From positions 3,318 to 57,415 of the forward strand of contig PS015156.1 in assembly GCA_048213135.1 (NCBI GenBank): a DNA stretch of 54,098 nt, given 5' to 3'. The notes under the pieces were generated by a model that made no database searches, was not told where the DNA came from, and was given only the letters and a program-made list of their open reading frames with translations. A program made the position numbers and the translations under genes. The DNA is from Reclinomonas americana ATCC 50394. Lineage: Eukaryota. Below, one piece after another: positions 1-16,959 of this stretch. The stretch's first letter is position 1. Every line of letters begins with the position of its first letter.

Positions 1-1065
1 ACCGCGCGAACCCGAATCCGCGCGCCTCACCAGCCATCAGTTCGCCGCGATCGGAGGTCTACGATCCGAATGTGGACGAGCTGCCGCCGCTCTCGGCGGT
101 GTCGGTTAAGCCGTCGGCCAACAATCTCAGCATCAACAGCAGCGGTCTGAACAACTCCACGTTTGTGCTGTCGGACGATTCGCAAGACCTGGACGACAGT
201 CAGTCGTCCAAGAACCCCTCGTCGTTGCTGCGCTCGCGCCGCGCCAACCCCGACGATCAGCCGCTGAAGAAACTGGCGGGCGGCGAGCCGGCAAAGCCGC
301 CCGACGCCTCACGNNNNNNNNNNNNNNNNNNNNNNNNNNNNNNNNNNNNNNNNNNNNNNNNNNNNNNNNNNNNNNNNNNNNNNNNNNNNNNNNNNNNNNN
401 NNNNNNNNNNNNNNNNNNNNNNNNNNNNNNNNNNNNNNNNNNNNNNNNNNNNNNNNNNNNNNNNNNNNNNNNNNNNNNNNNNNNNNNNNNNNNNNNNNNN
501 NNNNNNNNNNNNNNNNNNNNNNNNNNNNNNNNNNNNNNNNNNNNNNNNNNNNNNNNNNNNNNNNNNNNNNNNNNNNNNNNNNNNNNNNNNNNNNNNNNNN
601 NNNNNNNNNNNNNNNNNNNNNNNNNNNNNNNNNNNNNNNNNNNNNNNNNNNNNATCCACTCGACCCGCCGAGGCCGCGAAGAAGCCCGTCGTCAAGCCCA
701 CAGCACTGCCGCAACCATCGGCCGCCGCCGGCGACAGCGACGACGACGACGACGGGGCGTGGCGACCACCGCCCATCACCATGTCCACTGCCAATGGCGT
801 GGACCCACTGGAGATTGCGCGACGCACGGCAGTCAAGAAGCCCGAGCCGGCCAAGGCGACGGCCGCCGCCACGCAGCACAAGGTGAACATCAAGTCCACG
901 CATGCGTACGCGGCCGTCAAGGACGACGACGACGATGATGACGAGATCGACGATGACATTGATCTGGGTGATGATGATGATGACGACGACGACGATGATT
1001 TCGAGGATGACGATGACGATGACGATGATTTCCCCGTGCATAGTGTGGGGGGTAAGAAGAGATGA
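1..1065 (+). CDS. Hypothetical low-complexity protein (Ser/Pro/Ala-rich, poly-Asp tail); 5'-partial, interrupted by N gap 314-653
   Basis: GC-rich, coding-like open frames on both sides of the gap (VDELPPLSAVSVKPS...; ...AKKPVVKPTALPQ...KDDDDDDDEIDDD...GGKKR, stop at 1063-1065). No recognisable domain. Confidence 0.5.
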
Positions 1066-1085
1066 GTGTATTTTTTGAGGGAATT

Positions 1086-2080
1086 TCAAGTGGGTGGAAG
1101 GGAAAGGGTGGAAGGAGAATGGAGAAGGGAAAGGGCGGAAGGAGAACGGAGAAGGGCAAGAGGGGAAGGGTGGAAGGGAGAATAGTGGAAGGGTGGAAGG
1201 GCGGAAAGGAGAGGGATGGAAGGGAGAAGGGTTGAAGGGATAGATTGATAAAGGGTAAAGGAGTGGAGGCTGAGAAAGGCTGAATTCGAAGGGCGGAAGG
1301 GACAAGGATGGGTGAAGGAGTGCATGGAAAAAGGTGAAGGGTGAGGGGAAGGGATAGAGGAAATGGGTGGAAGGGACAAGAGGAGAAGGGTGAAATGCGT
1401 CGCGGGCAACAGAAGGGAGAAGGATGGAAGGGATAGATTGATAAAGGGTAACGGAGCGGAGGCTGCAGCTGAGAAAGGCGGAAGGGCGGAAGGGACAAGG
1501 ATGGGTGAAGGAGTGCATGGAAAAAGGTGAAGGGTGAGGGGAAGGAACAGAGTGAAATGGTTGGAAGGTGCAAGAGGAGAAGGGTGAAATGCGTCGCGGG
1601 CAACAGAAGGGAGAAGGGTGGAAGGGATAGATGATAAAGGGAGGCTGCAGCTGAGAAAGGCGGAAGGGCGGAAGGGACAAGGATGGGCGAAGGAATGCAT
1701 GGAAAAGGGTGAAGGGTGAGGGGAAGGAACAGAGGGAAATGGGTGGAAGGGACAAGTTGAGAAGGGCGAAAGGCGTCGCGGGCAACAGAAGGGAGAAGGG
1801 TGGAAGGGGTAGATTGACAAAGGTTAAAGGAGTGGAGGCTGAGAAAGGCGGATCCGGAATTCGAAGGGGGGAAGGGACAAGGATGAAAGGGTGGAAGGGT
1901 GAAGGAATGCATGGAAAAGGGTGAAGGGTGAGGAGAAGGAACAGAGGGAAACTTGCGGAAGGGACAAGAGGAGAAGGGTGAAAGGCGTCGCGGGCAAATG
2001 TGCACCATCAGAATTCGAAGGTTGGAAGGTAAAGATTGACAAAGGTTAAAGGAACAAGTAGAGGCTGAGAAAGGCAATCA
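1086..2080. repeat. Purine-rich degenerate tandem repeat, ~180-210 bp unit
   Basis: tgcatggaaaa recurs at about 1321, 1514, 1696 and 1908; gcgtcgcgggcaa and gaagggacaag blocks also recur. Confidence 0.85.
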
Positions 2081-2182
2081 GAAAGGTGCCAATGCGGAAG
2101 GAGAGAAGGGGGCAATATGTGCGTCGCGAAGTGCATGCTCGAATGTGTCCCACGGCAGCACAACAAAGGCAACGAAGAAGAA

Positions 2183-2628
2183 ATGTCGTGGAAGCGACTC
2201 ACGTGTGGTTCTCTTGTTGGACTTGGCTTGGGCGCACTGGTGGCAGTGGTCGTCTCCAATGCGCTGGTGGAGATCTCCACGTCGACGATCTTTGCGGTGG
2301 TGAGTGCAACGGAGGGAGAGAGAGAGAGAGGAGGGAAGGGAGGAGGAGGAAGGGAGGAGGAAGGGAGGAGGAGGGAGGAGAAGGAGAAGGGGAGGAAGGA
2401 TAAAGAGGGAAGGGAGGGAAGGGAGTGAGTGAGTGAGTGAGTGAGTGCATGTGTGCAAGGGAGAGAGTGAGAGTGAGTGAGGGAGTGAGTGTGTGGGTGA
2501 GTGAGAGAGTGAGAGAGTGAGTGAGTGAGTGAGTGAGTGAGTGAGTGAGTGAGTGAGTGAGTGAGTGTGAGAGAGAGAGTGAGTGAGTGAGTGTATGTGT
2601 GCAAGGGAGTGAGTGAGTGAAGAAGTGA

Positions 2629-2673
<45 letters not shown>

Positions 2674-5600
2674 TGAGTGAGTGAGCGAGTGAGTGAGTGA
2701 GTGAGAGACAGTAGAAGGGTGAATGAGGGAGAATGCAAAGAAAGGTGAGTAGGTGATGACTTTATGGCGCTTTTAGGCAGTGTAGGCGATGACTAAGGCG
2801 TGAGTGAGTGAGTGAGTGAGTGAGTGATTGTGCATTCGTGTTTTTGAACGAATTTGCTCTCTGTTCTCTCTCTCTCTCTCTCCTCATTTGCAGATTTTCG
2901 CTGTTGTGCTTCTTGTGCTTGGTGGATTGATTGTGTGGCGAGCGTTTACTGCGGACCCGTCGACGCCGGTGTTGAGTAAGATTCTGGTGTGCGGGTTTGC
3001 GTCGTTGGTGAGTGGTGGGAAGGAGGGAGGGAGAAGGGGAGGGAGAAGGGAGAAGGGAGAAGGAAGGAGAAGGGAGAAGGGAGGAAGAAGGGAAGAAGGG
3101 AAGGAAGAGGGAAGCGAGAAGGGAGGGAGAAGAGAGAAGGGAGGGAGAAGGGAAGAAGGGAAGGAAGAGGGAAGCGAGAAGGGAGGGAGAAGAGAGAAGG
3201 GAGGGAGAAGGGAAGAAGGGAAGGAAGAGGGAAGCGAGAAGGGAGGGAGAAGAGAGAAGGGAGGGAGAAGGGAAGAAGGGAAGGAAGAGGGAAGCGAGAA
3301 GGAGGAGAAGAGAGAAGAGAGGGAAGAATAAGGAGCGGGAGAGAGACAGACAAACAGACAGAGAACGGGAGAGAGAGAGAAGAAGAAAGAAAGAATGAAA
3401 GAAAGAGAGAAAGAAAGAAACAGTGGAGAAAGGACATAAGAGAGGGAAAGAGATGGAGTGAGAGAAGGAAAGAACGAAGAGCGACAGAAGGAAGACATGG
3501 GAATGCTGTTCACTTCTCAGTGAATAGTCATGGGCGAGTTGTGAAATACGCACACGCGCCAGAAACTGAGAAGGCGTGATAATTCTGGTTGAAACTGGAA
3601 TGGAGAGAAAGAGAGAGAGAGAGAGAGANNNNNNNNNNNNNNNNNNNNGAGAGAGAGAGAGACAGGGAGAGTAACGCGACAAATGTTCGCAGTCAGGCAC
3701 GCAGTTGGCAAGTCAGTGTGTGTGTGTGTGTGTGCGTGTGCGTGTGTGAATGTTTTGTGCGTGAGAGGGAGAGAGAAGAGAAAGAGAGAAAGAGAGAGTG
3801 TATGGCCAGCAAGCGGGTGGAGATATTTGTTTGGTCACCGATGGGCTGCCACTCATCCTTCTTCCACAGGTACTGCTGAGCGGTCTCTTCTGCTTCCTGC
3901 TGGAACGCGACTGGGTCACCTCACTGTCACCCGCCGCCAAAGTACCGAGTTGCGCAACCCTCGCTCTCTATCTCTCTTCCAAATTCATCCTCTCACACAC
4001 GCCACGCCGCCCTGCAGTGTACCTGCTCCTCGGCATCGCACTCTCCTTTGCGGTGTCGTACTCGATTGTGGATCTGCTCAACCAGGGTTGCTTCTCGTGC
4101 GGATGCACGACGTCGCACTCGGACAGCCGACCGATCATCACGTCGCCGCAACAAATCTACATTATCCTGCTGGCCTCGCTCGTGCTTGGCGCCGTGTTTG
4201 GTCTCACGTTTGGATTGCTGGATGTGGAGGACGAGCCGTACCCGCAGACCCGGTTCTATGAGCAGCAGATCATTAGGTTTGTCGGTGAGGGAAAGGGGGG
4301 AAGGGGGTAGAGAGGCTGGAAAGGGCGGGGCGCTTGAGGGTTGCGAGTCAGAGAACTGCTGTAGCGTCACACTGCAAGTGAAGAGGAGGGATCGAATCAT
4401 CTGACGTGCGTCGTGGTGCTGCTGCGCTCTCATCGTCACGGTATTGCACCCTATTTGCTGAACAGCTGTTGTCGTGTGTCTCTCGAGTAAGACAGCAACA
4501 AGAGATGCAGAGAGAGACAACACGCGCACACGGAGAGACAGAGACAGTGAGGCAGACTTATGAGAGACAGAGAGATCGGCATGCAAGAGTGTTTCATTCA
4601 CCTCATGCCCTCTCGTTGAATTGCAGTCTCTTTTCTGTCCTCTCCTCTCTCTCTCCTGTCCCCCCCTCTCTCTCTCTCTCTCTTCTCTCTTCCTNNNNNN
4701 NNNNNNNNNNNNNNNNNNNNNNNNNNNNNNNNNNNNNNNNNNNNNNNNNNNNNNNNNNNNNNNNNNNNNNNNNNNNNNNNNNNNNNNNNNNNNNNNNNNN
4801 NNNNNNNNNNNNNNNNNNNNNNNNNNNNNNNNNNNNNNNNNNNNNNNNNNNNNNNNNNNNNNNNNNNNNNNNNNNNNNNNNNNNNNNNNNNNNNNNNNNN
4901 NNNNNNNNNNNNNNNNNNNNNNNNNNNNNNNNNNNNNNNNNNNNNNNNNNNNNNNNNNNNNNNNNNNNNNNNNNNNNNNNNNNNNNNNNNNNNNNNNNNN
5001 NNNNNNNNNNNNNNNNNNNNNNNNNNNNNNNNNNNNNNNNNNNNNNNNNNNNNNNNNNNNNNNNNNNNNNNNNNNNNNNNNNNNNNNNNNNNNNNNNNNN
5101 NNNNNNNNNNNNNNNNNNNNNNNNNNNNNNNNNNNNNNNNNNNNNNNNNNNNNNNNNNNNNNNNNNNNNNNNNNNNNNNNNNNNNNNNNNNNNNNNNNNN
5201 NNNNNNNNNNNNNNNNNNNNNNNNNNNNNNNNNNNNNNNNNNNNNNNNNNNNNNNNNNNNNNNNNNNNNNNNNNNNNNNNNNNNNNNNNNNNNNNNNNNN
5301 NNNNNNNNNNNNNNNNNNNNNNNNNNNNNNNNNNNNNNNNNNNNNNNNNNNNNNNNNNNNNNNNNNNNNNNNNNNNNNNNNNNNNNNNNNNNNNNNNNNN
5401 NNNNNNNNNNNNNNNNNNNNNNNNNNNNNNNNNNNNNNNNNNNNNNNNNNNNNNNNNNNNNNNNNNNNNNNNNNNNNNNNNNNNNNNNNNNNNNNNNNNN
5501 NNNNNNNNNNNNNNNNNNCAGTCTCTTTTCTTGTCCTCTCCTCTCTCTCTCCTGTCCCCCTCCCTCTCTCTCTCTCTTCTTCTCTCTTTCCCTTCTTCTC

Positions 5601-6058
5601 TCTATCTCTTTCTGTCCTTCTTTCTCTCTCCCTTCTTCTTCTTCTCTCTCTGATCCCTTCTTCTCTCTCTCCCTCCCTTCTTCTCTCTCTCTCGCCTCTT
5701 CTCTCTCTCCCTTCTTCTCTCTCTCCCCCCTTCTTCTATCTCCCCACTTCTTCTCTCTCCCCTCCATTCTTCTCTCTCTCCCTCCCTTCTTCTCTCTCTC
5801 CCTCCCTTCTTTTCTCTCTCTCCCTTCTTCTCTCTCCGCCTTCTTCTTCTCTCTCTCTCCCTCCCGTCTTCTCTCTCTCTCTTTTCTGTCCCTCTTTCTC
5901 TCTCCTCACCTGCTGATCCCTTCGCCCCTTCCCCCCACAGCATCCCCATTGGCGCCGCCCTCGGCGCCGTCGTCGGCTTCCTCAACCAAAGACTCCGGCA
6001 GCAGGCGTACTCCGAGAGCGGCTTCAACCCGCTGCCGAACCGCGGTGAAGGCATCTAA
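2183..6058 (+). CDS. Multi-pass membrane protein of unknown function (~228 aa, ~6 TM)
   Basis: Exons 2183-2299, 2894-3007, 3870-3948, 4018-4276, 5941-6058 join in frame via GT-AG introns (687 nt). Hydrophobic helices with KVPMYLLLG, FGLTFGLLDVEDE and SIPIGAALGAVVGFLN segments. From memory it resembles an uncharacterised protist membrane family (not searched). Confidence 0.75.
2425..2705. repeat. (GAGT)n/(GT)n microsatellite in intron 1 of the membrane-protein gene
   Basis: Directly visible; one of many (GA)n, (GT)n, (GAGT)n and (GTT)n tracts in the window. Confidence 0.9.
3090..3300. repeat. Perfect 60-bp purine-rich minisatellite (3+ copies) in an intron
   Basis: The 60-mers starting at 3121, 3181 and 3241 are identical. 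Confidence 0.95.
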
Positions 6059-6223
6059 CCACCACCCCCCACCACCAACCTCGTCCGGCTCGATCTCTCT
6101 NNNNNNNNNNNNNNNNNNNNATGACAGCATTCTTTCGTTGTAACATGGCTGCCTGACTTTGCATTCCCCCTCCCTTCCCCTTTCCCCCTCCCTTCCCCCT
6201 TCTACCCCCTTCCCTTACTCAAG

Positions 6224-6704
6224 GCCCACACCTGCCCCTTCATCGGCCCCGGCGTCAAGCTCTCCTCCTGGCGCTACATCGCCGAAGGCCTCACCCAAAT
6301 GGCTCCGCGCTTCGGCTCCCGCATGCTCGGCGGCCACCTGGCCGTGCGCGGCACCGACGGCTTCACCCGCACCGACGCCGACGAGGTCCTGCGCGCGCTG
6401 GAGGGCAAGGGCTTTGCGCCCGTGCGCTGGAACCCCGACCCGTGGCGCCAGTCGCTCTCCCGCGCCATGGCGCTGTCGGCGGCCCCGACAGCGCCTGCCC
6501 AACACCCTTACGCTGCTGGCCAATCGCACCGGCGTCACCGCGCACCTCGGGCACGTGCTGGAGAGGGCGCGCACGACGTTTGAGAGTGGCGCCTATGTGC
6601 ACTGGTTCGAGCGGTACGGGTGCGAGAGGGATGACTTTGTGGAGAGTTTCGAGCAGATGCAGAGGGTGGTCGACTTTTACGACGACATGGCGGCTGATGG
6701 GTGA
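6224..6704 (+). CDS. tubz1: Terminal exon of the zeta-tubulin gene, in opposite orientation; apparent frameshift near 6470-6495
   Basis: Polypyrimidine tract and AG acceptor at 6222-6223. Reads AHTCPFIGPG...VRWNPDPW, then in another frame LTLLANRT...GAYVHWFERYGCERDDFVESFEQMQRVVDFY...stop, a delta/zeta-type tubulin C-terminus. Phase 0 matches the donor at 7944 of the minus-strand gene. Confidence 0.8.
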
Positions 6705-6819
6705 TTCTTAATGGAGAGAAAGGGTTCACGAAACGCGGTTTCATTTGTTTTCTTAGCGNNNNNNNNNNNNNNNNNNNNCACTTTCTTCTCTCCATCGCGC
6801 TCGCTCTCCTGTCTCACCT

Positions 6820-7410
6820 TCTCTCCTCTCTTTGAAAGCTTCCTCTTCCTCTCTGCATGTCACTCTCTTGCTCTGGTGCATATCCTTCATCTCCATTTGC
6901 CGCTCTCCGTTTTTTCCCCCAGCGTTGTCGCCTTTGCCCTCTCTTTCTTCAGTTGCTACAACGAAAGTATGCTACCATCACTTCCACTCTCTTATTGTTT
7001 TACTCTGCTGTCTCAACTTCTCTCTTCCTGCTCTCCTCTCTTTGAAAGCTTCTTCTTCCTCTCTGCATGTCACTCTCTTGCTCTGGTGCATTTCCTTCAT
7101 CTCCCTTTGCCGCTCTCCGTCTTTTCTCTCAGCGTTGTCGCCTTTGCCCTCTTTTCTTTGGTTGCTACAACGAAAGAATGCTGCCATCACTTTCTTCTCT
7201 CGTCTCGCCTTCTCTCCTCCTGCTCTGTACTATTCGAAAGCTTCCTCTTCCTCTCTGTACGTCACTCTCTTGCTCTGGTGCATATCCTTCATCTCCCTTT
7301 GCCGCTCTCCGTCTTTTCTCTCAGCGTTGTCGCCATTGCCCTCTCTTTCTTCAGTCGCTACAACGAAAGTATGCTTCCATCACTTCCACTCTCTTATTGT
7401 TTTTCTGCTG
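6820..7410. repeat. ~200-bp pyrimidine-rich tandem repeat, 3 copies
   Basis: The block gaaagctt...gtcactctcttgctctggtgcat recurs at about 6834, 7044 and 7236. Confidence 0.9.
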
Positions 7411-7944
7411 TTGTTACACTCTGCTTTATCTGGGGGCGCTGGTAAACCCCACTCTATCTTCGCTCTCCAATCACCGTCAACCTCTCCTTGTCTAAATTCT
7501 ATGTATCCCACAACAGACGCATGAAGCGGCCAGAGGCACACGGCCATCAGGCACGAAAACGAACAGAAAGAGCAAACAAAAAGGAACAAGCAGGTTGACA
7601 AGAGCTCTATCTCTCTCTATCCCACAACAGACGCAGGAAGCCACCTGATCGGAAGCAGTGAGGCACAAGTGACACCAGGCACAAAACGAGCAGGAAAAGC
7701 AAACGAAGAGGAACAAGCAGGTTAACAGGGTCTCTCTCTCTCTCTCTCCTCCCTCTTCTCTTTTCCTCCTTTCCCTCTCCCATTTCCACCCCGCCTCTTT
7801 TTCTCTCTCTCTCCCTCTCTCTCCTTCTTCTTCTTTCTCTCTTCAACATCCTCTCTCTCTCTCTCTCTTCCACTTGCAGTCTTCCTTCCCCTTCTTCCCC
7901 TCCTGTCCCTTCCCTCCGTCTCCCTTCCTTCCCCGATCACCCAC

Positions 7945-11704
<3,760 letters not shown>

Positions 11705-12435
11705 CTCTCTGGCTCGAGTGTGTGATTGAGTTGTCCTTGAGAGAGTGGGACGAGAGTGGGGAGACCGCGAAGTTGAGGCCAGGTGAAGCTCTCATCACTT
11801 GGCAGCGGCGTACCAGTGTGGAAAGTCTCCGTTGTGCACGGAGATAAAGTTTCAAAGCCTTTGCACCTGGCAAAGCACTCACTTACGCACGTGCAACTGT
11901 AGCACTGCAACTCTTCGTTTGGTCGAAGAGTGGAAGCCAACAGAAGCGATCCGACAAGGAGAGCTCAATCTCAGGGTGTCCTCGACTAAGTGCTACTCTC
12001 CTCTCTAATACTTCTCTCGGCAGGCCATCTGGAGATACCTATAAGGCGGCATCTGTTCGAATTCACCAGCACACACACACAAGGAACCTTCTGCTGCCTC
12101 AAGATGGTGTCTGTGCTGATGTTTTGGATACTGTTGAACGTGGTCATCAAGACAGCTGTTGCTTGTTTGTTGGTGAATGAATTTGTTGTTGTTGTTGTTC
12201 TCAGCGTCCATGTACAGGAAGGTATCTGAGGCACACATCACGTCTGCGTTCAAGCTGCACCAATCGAGATGAAAGACACTGCAGCCTCGGCTCGACAAGA
12301 TTGTGATCAGAGGAACAAACCGTTCGTGGTGGTGCTGCTGCTGTGGCATTGGAGGCGAAAGTCAGAGTCCGCTGCATGCATCACCACTCCTGCCCAGATC
12401 ACTGATGCGCCATCGCCAGCTATTCACTTGTCGCG

Positions 12436-13339
12436 CTAGTGACCAATCACCGGCACATCCTCCCCCTCCAGCGCCCTCTCCCCATGCACCAGTATCCTCG
12501 CCAGCAACGCGGCATCAATATTTCCCCCCGACACCACCGCCACAATGTGCTTCTCCGCCGGAATCTCACCCCGCGCCGAGAGCTGCAGTGCGGCGGCCAG
12601 TGCGGCACCACCAGCCCCCTCGGCAACGACCTTGTTTCGCAACGCCATGCTCTGTATCGCGCCGGCCGTGGCAGCCTGGGGGAGGGGGTAAGACACCACT
12701 AGCAGTTGTGAAACACACCAGCGTGTCGCACCTCGGTGACCACCAGCGAGCCGTCAACCAAGTCACGTACGTGCGGCCACATTTCGTCGAGCACACACGC
12801 GCTGCCGATGCCGTCAATCAGCTTGGGTGGTCTCGTGTCGATGCGCACAGGACTGCCGTCTGCGAGAACATCGAGAGTCAGGCGAAGCAAGGACCGGCGC
12901 GGAAAGAGTGACACAACTCTCGAGGGCTGCTGCGAGGGGTGCGGCGATGTCGGGCTCGCTGGAGGAGTGGGAAAATAGAGGTGAAACACAAGGAGCGCAC
13001 AAGGAAGCTTCAAGAACACAGACCATGCATACACATGAATAGAGGGGTCCAGCTCCTTGGCAGCCTGCAGTGATCATGAGCGCAATGGAAAGTGGAAGAG
13101 AGAGGCAGACGACGCACCCGCGCAATGCCGACTGTGAGTGCGCCACCGCCGTATGGAACCACAAAAGCGCCCACTGAGTTGTCACCGAGCTCGGCGATGA
13201 CCTCGCGAGCGATGTCTGTAGATGAGGGGGAAGAGGGGATGAGCGCACTGACGAGAAGAGAGGAATGGCCGCAGTCCTCTCACATTCAGCTTGATTGTCA
13301 ACTGACACCGGCAACATATGACGAAGAACTGACAGGCTT

Positions 13340-13386
<47 letters not shown>

Positions 13387-13555
13387 TCGTCTACTACTCG
13401 TCGTCNNNNNNNNNNNNNNNNNNNNTACCGTACCGTACCTACCTCTACTACTACTACGTACGTACGTACGTTACGTACGTACGTAACCGTAACCGTAACC
13501 GTAACCGTAACCGTAACGTAACGTAACGTAACGTAACGTAACGTACGTACGTACT

Positions 13556-13622
<67 letters not shown>

Positions 13623-15901
13623 ACGCAATACGAAATCGCGAGCGCACGAGATGATATACAAAGTACAAGATACTAGTTGGCAATCACTGCACGAAGACGC
13701 GCTGAGCGCCAGCGAGCACTCTGCCAGTGAACAACCGAAGAGAAAATAATTTGATGCGCGATAACTGAGAGTCGATTTTCAACCAAGAATGCAAACGAGA
13801 GTGCAAGGCAGAGCGACTCGGTGCACGAATAGATCAGCTGTCAGTACAAAGAAGAGACAACATGAAGGAAAACGGGAGTGCAAGCGAGAGAAAGATACAA
13901 AAGGCAATGGCTGTCAAATAAGAAAGAAGCGACTGTCCAACATGAAGGAAAACGGAGGCGCAAGTGAAAGAGACTCGTTGCACAAGACATCGGCTGTCAA
14001 AGAATGAAGCGACTGTCCGACATGAATGCACACGTAGGCGAGAGAGAGAGAGAGTGACTCATCGGCAGTTGAATAGAGAGAGAGAGAGTGTGTGTGTGGC
14101 TTGCTTGTGGCTGCATCTACATCGAAAGATTGACGACGTTGAGAGACCACAGATCCAAATCGGAAGCAGAAGGCAGCCTTCTCTCCCTCTCCATCCCTCC
14201 CCTTCCCCCCCCCCTCCTCTCTCTTACACTCACCACCATACGCATTCTGCACGCTCCTGTTGCACACCTGCCACCCCCACATGAATGAGTTGCACGGCAA
14301 GAGACTTGCTCACCTCATCACCATTCTCACCGGATGCAAGAACAACGCCCCCGTAGCCGCCAGCTCACCTCGACACTCGTGCGTCACAATCGTCTCCCAC
14401 CACTCCGCCATCGGCACCCGTCGAACCACCGCACCCAACTCCTCCAGCAGGCGCGTCTTGGCCTCCGGGGCGTGGTCGGGCACCAGCACGTAGCACGGCA
14501 CAGCGCCAATGCTCTCCTGCAGCACATCGCGGCAGTAGCGCGCGAGGCCGAGGGCGAAGTTGCCGGCGGAGGCTGGTGGGGAAGGGAAAGAAAAGGGGAA
14601 AGGGAGGAGAATGAGGGCATGGGGAAGATGGACAAGGATGGGAGGCAATACTCTCCTTTGCCTACGTGCCTCCCCGTTCATTCTCCAATCCACTTTCCTC
14701 CTTTTGTGCATCTCCCCTCCTTCCCACGCTGCCAAGTTCCTTCTTTGACTACACTCGCATCATGGTCTTTTTCTCTGTCTCTCGTGGCTCTTTCATGTTC
14801 TCCAGTGTCGCTATTTTTTCACAGCCATGAACCACTTGCCTCTCTCACTCTCTCTCTCTCNNNNNNNNNNNNNNNNNNNNNNNNNNNNNNNNNNNNNNNN
14901 NNNNNNNNNNNNNNNNNNNNNNNNNNNNNNNNNNNNNNNNNNNNNNNCTCCTCCTCCTCCTCTCACTCTCTCCACTCCTCCTCTCTCTCTCTCTCTCTCT
15001 CCGTGGTTGACTGCAGCTTGCAGTCTCCATTCCTTCCTCAATTTCTCCGATCCATCCCCCTCCCTCCCTCCCCTCCTCCTCCTCCTCCTCCACCCACCTG
15101 TGATCACACCCTTGGAGAGATCCACACCCCTCTCCATTGCATCCACGAGAGCTCCCCTCGCACCGCGAATCTTGAAGCACCCGACACTCAGCAAGCATTC
15201 ACACTTGAGATAAATGCTGTTGCGCGTTTCCTGTAATCAAGAGAGAGAGGCAAAGAAAATAAGAAGGCGGGGGAGGAGACAGAGGCAGGGGGAGGAGGAG
15301 AACGAAGAAGGAGAAGGAGGAGAAGAAGAAGAAGAAGAAGAAGATTAAGTATGAATGTGTGGTGAAAGAGAATGGGAACAATGAGGTGAACAAGGAGAGA
15401 GCAGGAGGAGAAAGAAGAGGAGAAGAGCTCGAGACTGAGATGAAGCAGAGACAGAAAGAGAGATGGAAGAGTGGGAAGAGGAGACAGAGCTCGAGCAGAG
15501 ACAAACAGAGAGGAGGAAGAGGAGGAGCAAGAGAAGGAAAAGAAGGACGGAGAGGAGAAGGAGAGGAGGAGAAGGAGAGGAGGAGGAGGATGCAGATGAG
15601 AAGAAGAATGAGAAGTGAGTGAGTGAAAGAGAACAAGAGAGAAGAAGAAAGAAGAGCAAGAAAATGATGATGAATGATGATGACGATGATGATGATGATG
15701 CTGATGATGATAATAAAGGAGAAGAAGAAGGACGGAGGTGAGGGAGTGAGCGAGAATGAGAGAGAAAACGGGAGAGAGAAGAGGAAGTGAAGAGGCATCT
15801 AGGAATGTGCAAACAAAGGTAAAGAAACGCAGCGGAGAAGGAGGAGAAACAAGACAACGCACTTGCAGAGTGTTGGCCTTGACCAGTGGCGACTTCTCCA
15901 T
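12436..15901 (-). CDS. PLP-dependent fold-type II enzyme, threonine/serine dehydratase (serine racemase-like) family
   Basis: Exons about 15901-15863, 15230-15098, 14572-~14314, 13215-13118, 13064-13024, 12958-12918, 12859-12732, 12675-12436. Motifs: YLKCECLLSVGCFKIRGA (PLP Lys), ASAGNF, VPYGGGAL, VAEGAGGAALAA, VVSGGNID. Start codon uncertain; a small exon for the AGxGT segment is unresolved (candidate VLAGA near 13700-13721). Confidence 0.85.
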
Positions 15902-16225
15902 TGTTGCACAAAAATTGTCGGATTTGTCGGATTTCTTTCACAAACCTGTCGTCTGACTCAGAAAAAAGAAGCAAAAACTCTTCGCACATGCACTACACAC
16001 AGCGCAACAACGCACCACTGCACCCTCCACTGCCACTCGCCCCTCTCAAGACGACTTCAATCGTCCTCGTGTCCGGCGGCACTCAACGCCCGCGATGACG
16101 TCATCACTCATCACGCACTCTCTCACTCGCTGCCCTGCGCGAGTGTGTGTGTGTGTGTGGCCCTGTCTTCGCACACATCTCTCTCTTTTCTCTCTTTCTT
16201 TCTCTCTGTCTTCGCTCTCTGCTCA

Positions 16226-16884
16226 ATGGAACTCCCCATTGCTCAATCCAACAAGCGCATTCAACTTCGCGGTCTGTTCCCCACACACAGCGGCCAGCGC
16301 GTCCTCGTTGAAGCGTCCCGCGATGATCCGTCGATCGGCATGGCACGCCTCGATCCACGCGTCCGTCTCGTCTCCTCCACCACCACAACATCAACAACAC
16401 CTGCTGAGTCATCATTGCCATCATCGCACGCAACGTCACCGCCTCGCTCGCTCGCGTCCGCCATGCGCATGAAACAACAGCAACAGCAGCAGCAGCAGCA
16501 GCCGATCAATCATCATTATGCGCAGGTCGGACACAATGACTGTATCTTTGGTGCTGGAACCGCATGATTGATTGGTTGGTTTTTTGTTCTCTCTCTCTCT
16601 GTGAGTAGGAGCATGTGATGAATCCGCCGGGGCATGCACCGAAGTTCCGGCCGTCGAGCTCGTCGATTGTGACGAGGAATGCGCGGGCGTTGTATGGGCA
16701 TTTGAGTGTGGCGAATCCGGTGGCGGCGACGTATGCGGGTGGGCCGAGTGGTGAGTGGTGGTGGGAGGGAAGGAGAGGGGGGAGGAGGAGGAGGGAGAGG
16801 GAAAAGGAGAGGGGGAGGGCTGGGGGAAAGAGAGGGAGGGAGGAGATTGTTGATCATGACTCGTATGGTATATGAAAGTACAGT

Positions 16885-16959
<75 letters not shown>

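Noticed and set aside
133-5916. Long ORFs rich in Pro/Ser/Phe/Leu, Arg/Glu/Gly or X in the ORF track, here and throughout
   Set aside because: They are translations of purine/pyrimidine tracts, microsatellites and N gaps.
6470-6495. Frameshift in the tubulin last exon as programmed frameshifting or pseudogenisation
   Set aside because: No slippery heptamer is visible, the contig is small and the rest of the gene is conserved; a sequencing indel is more likely.
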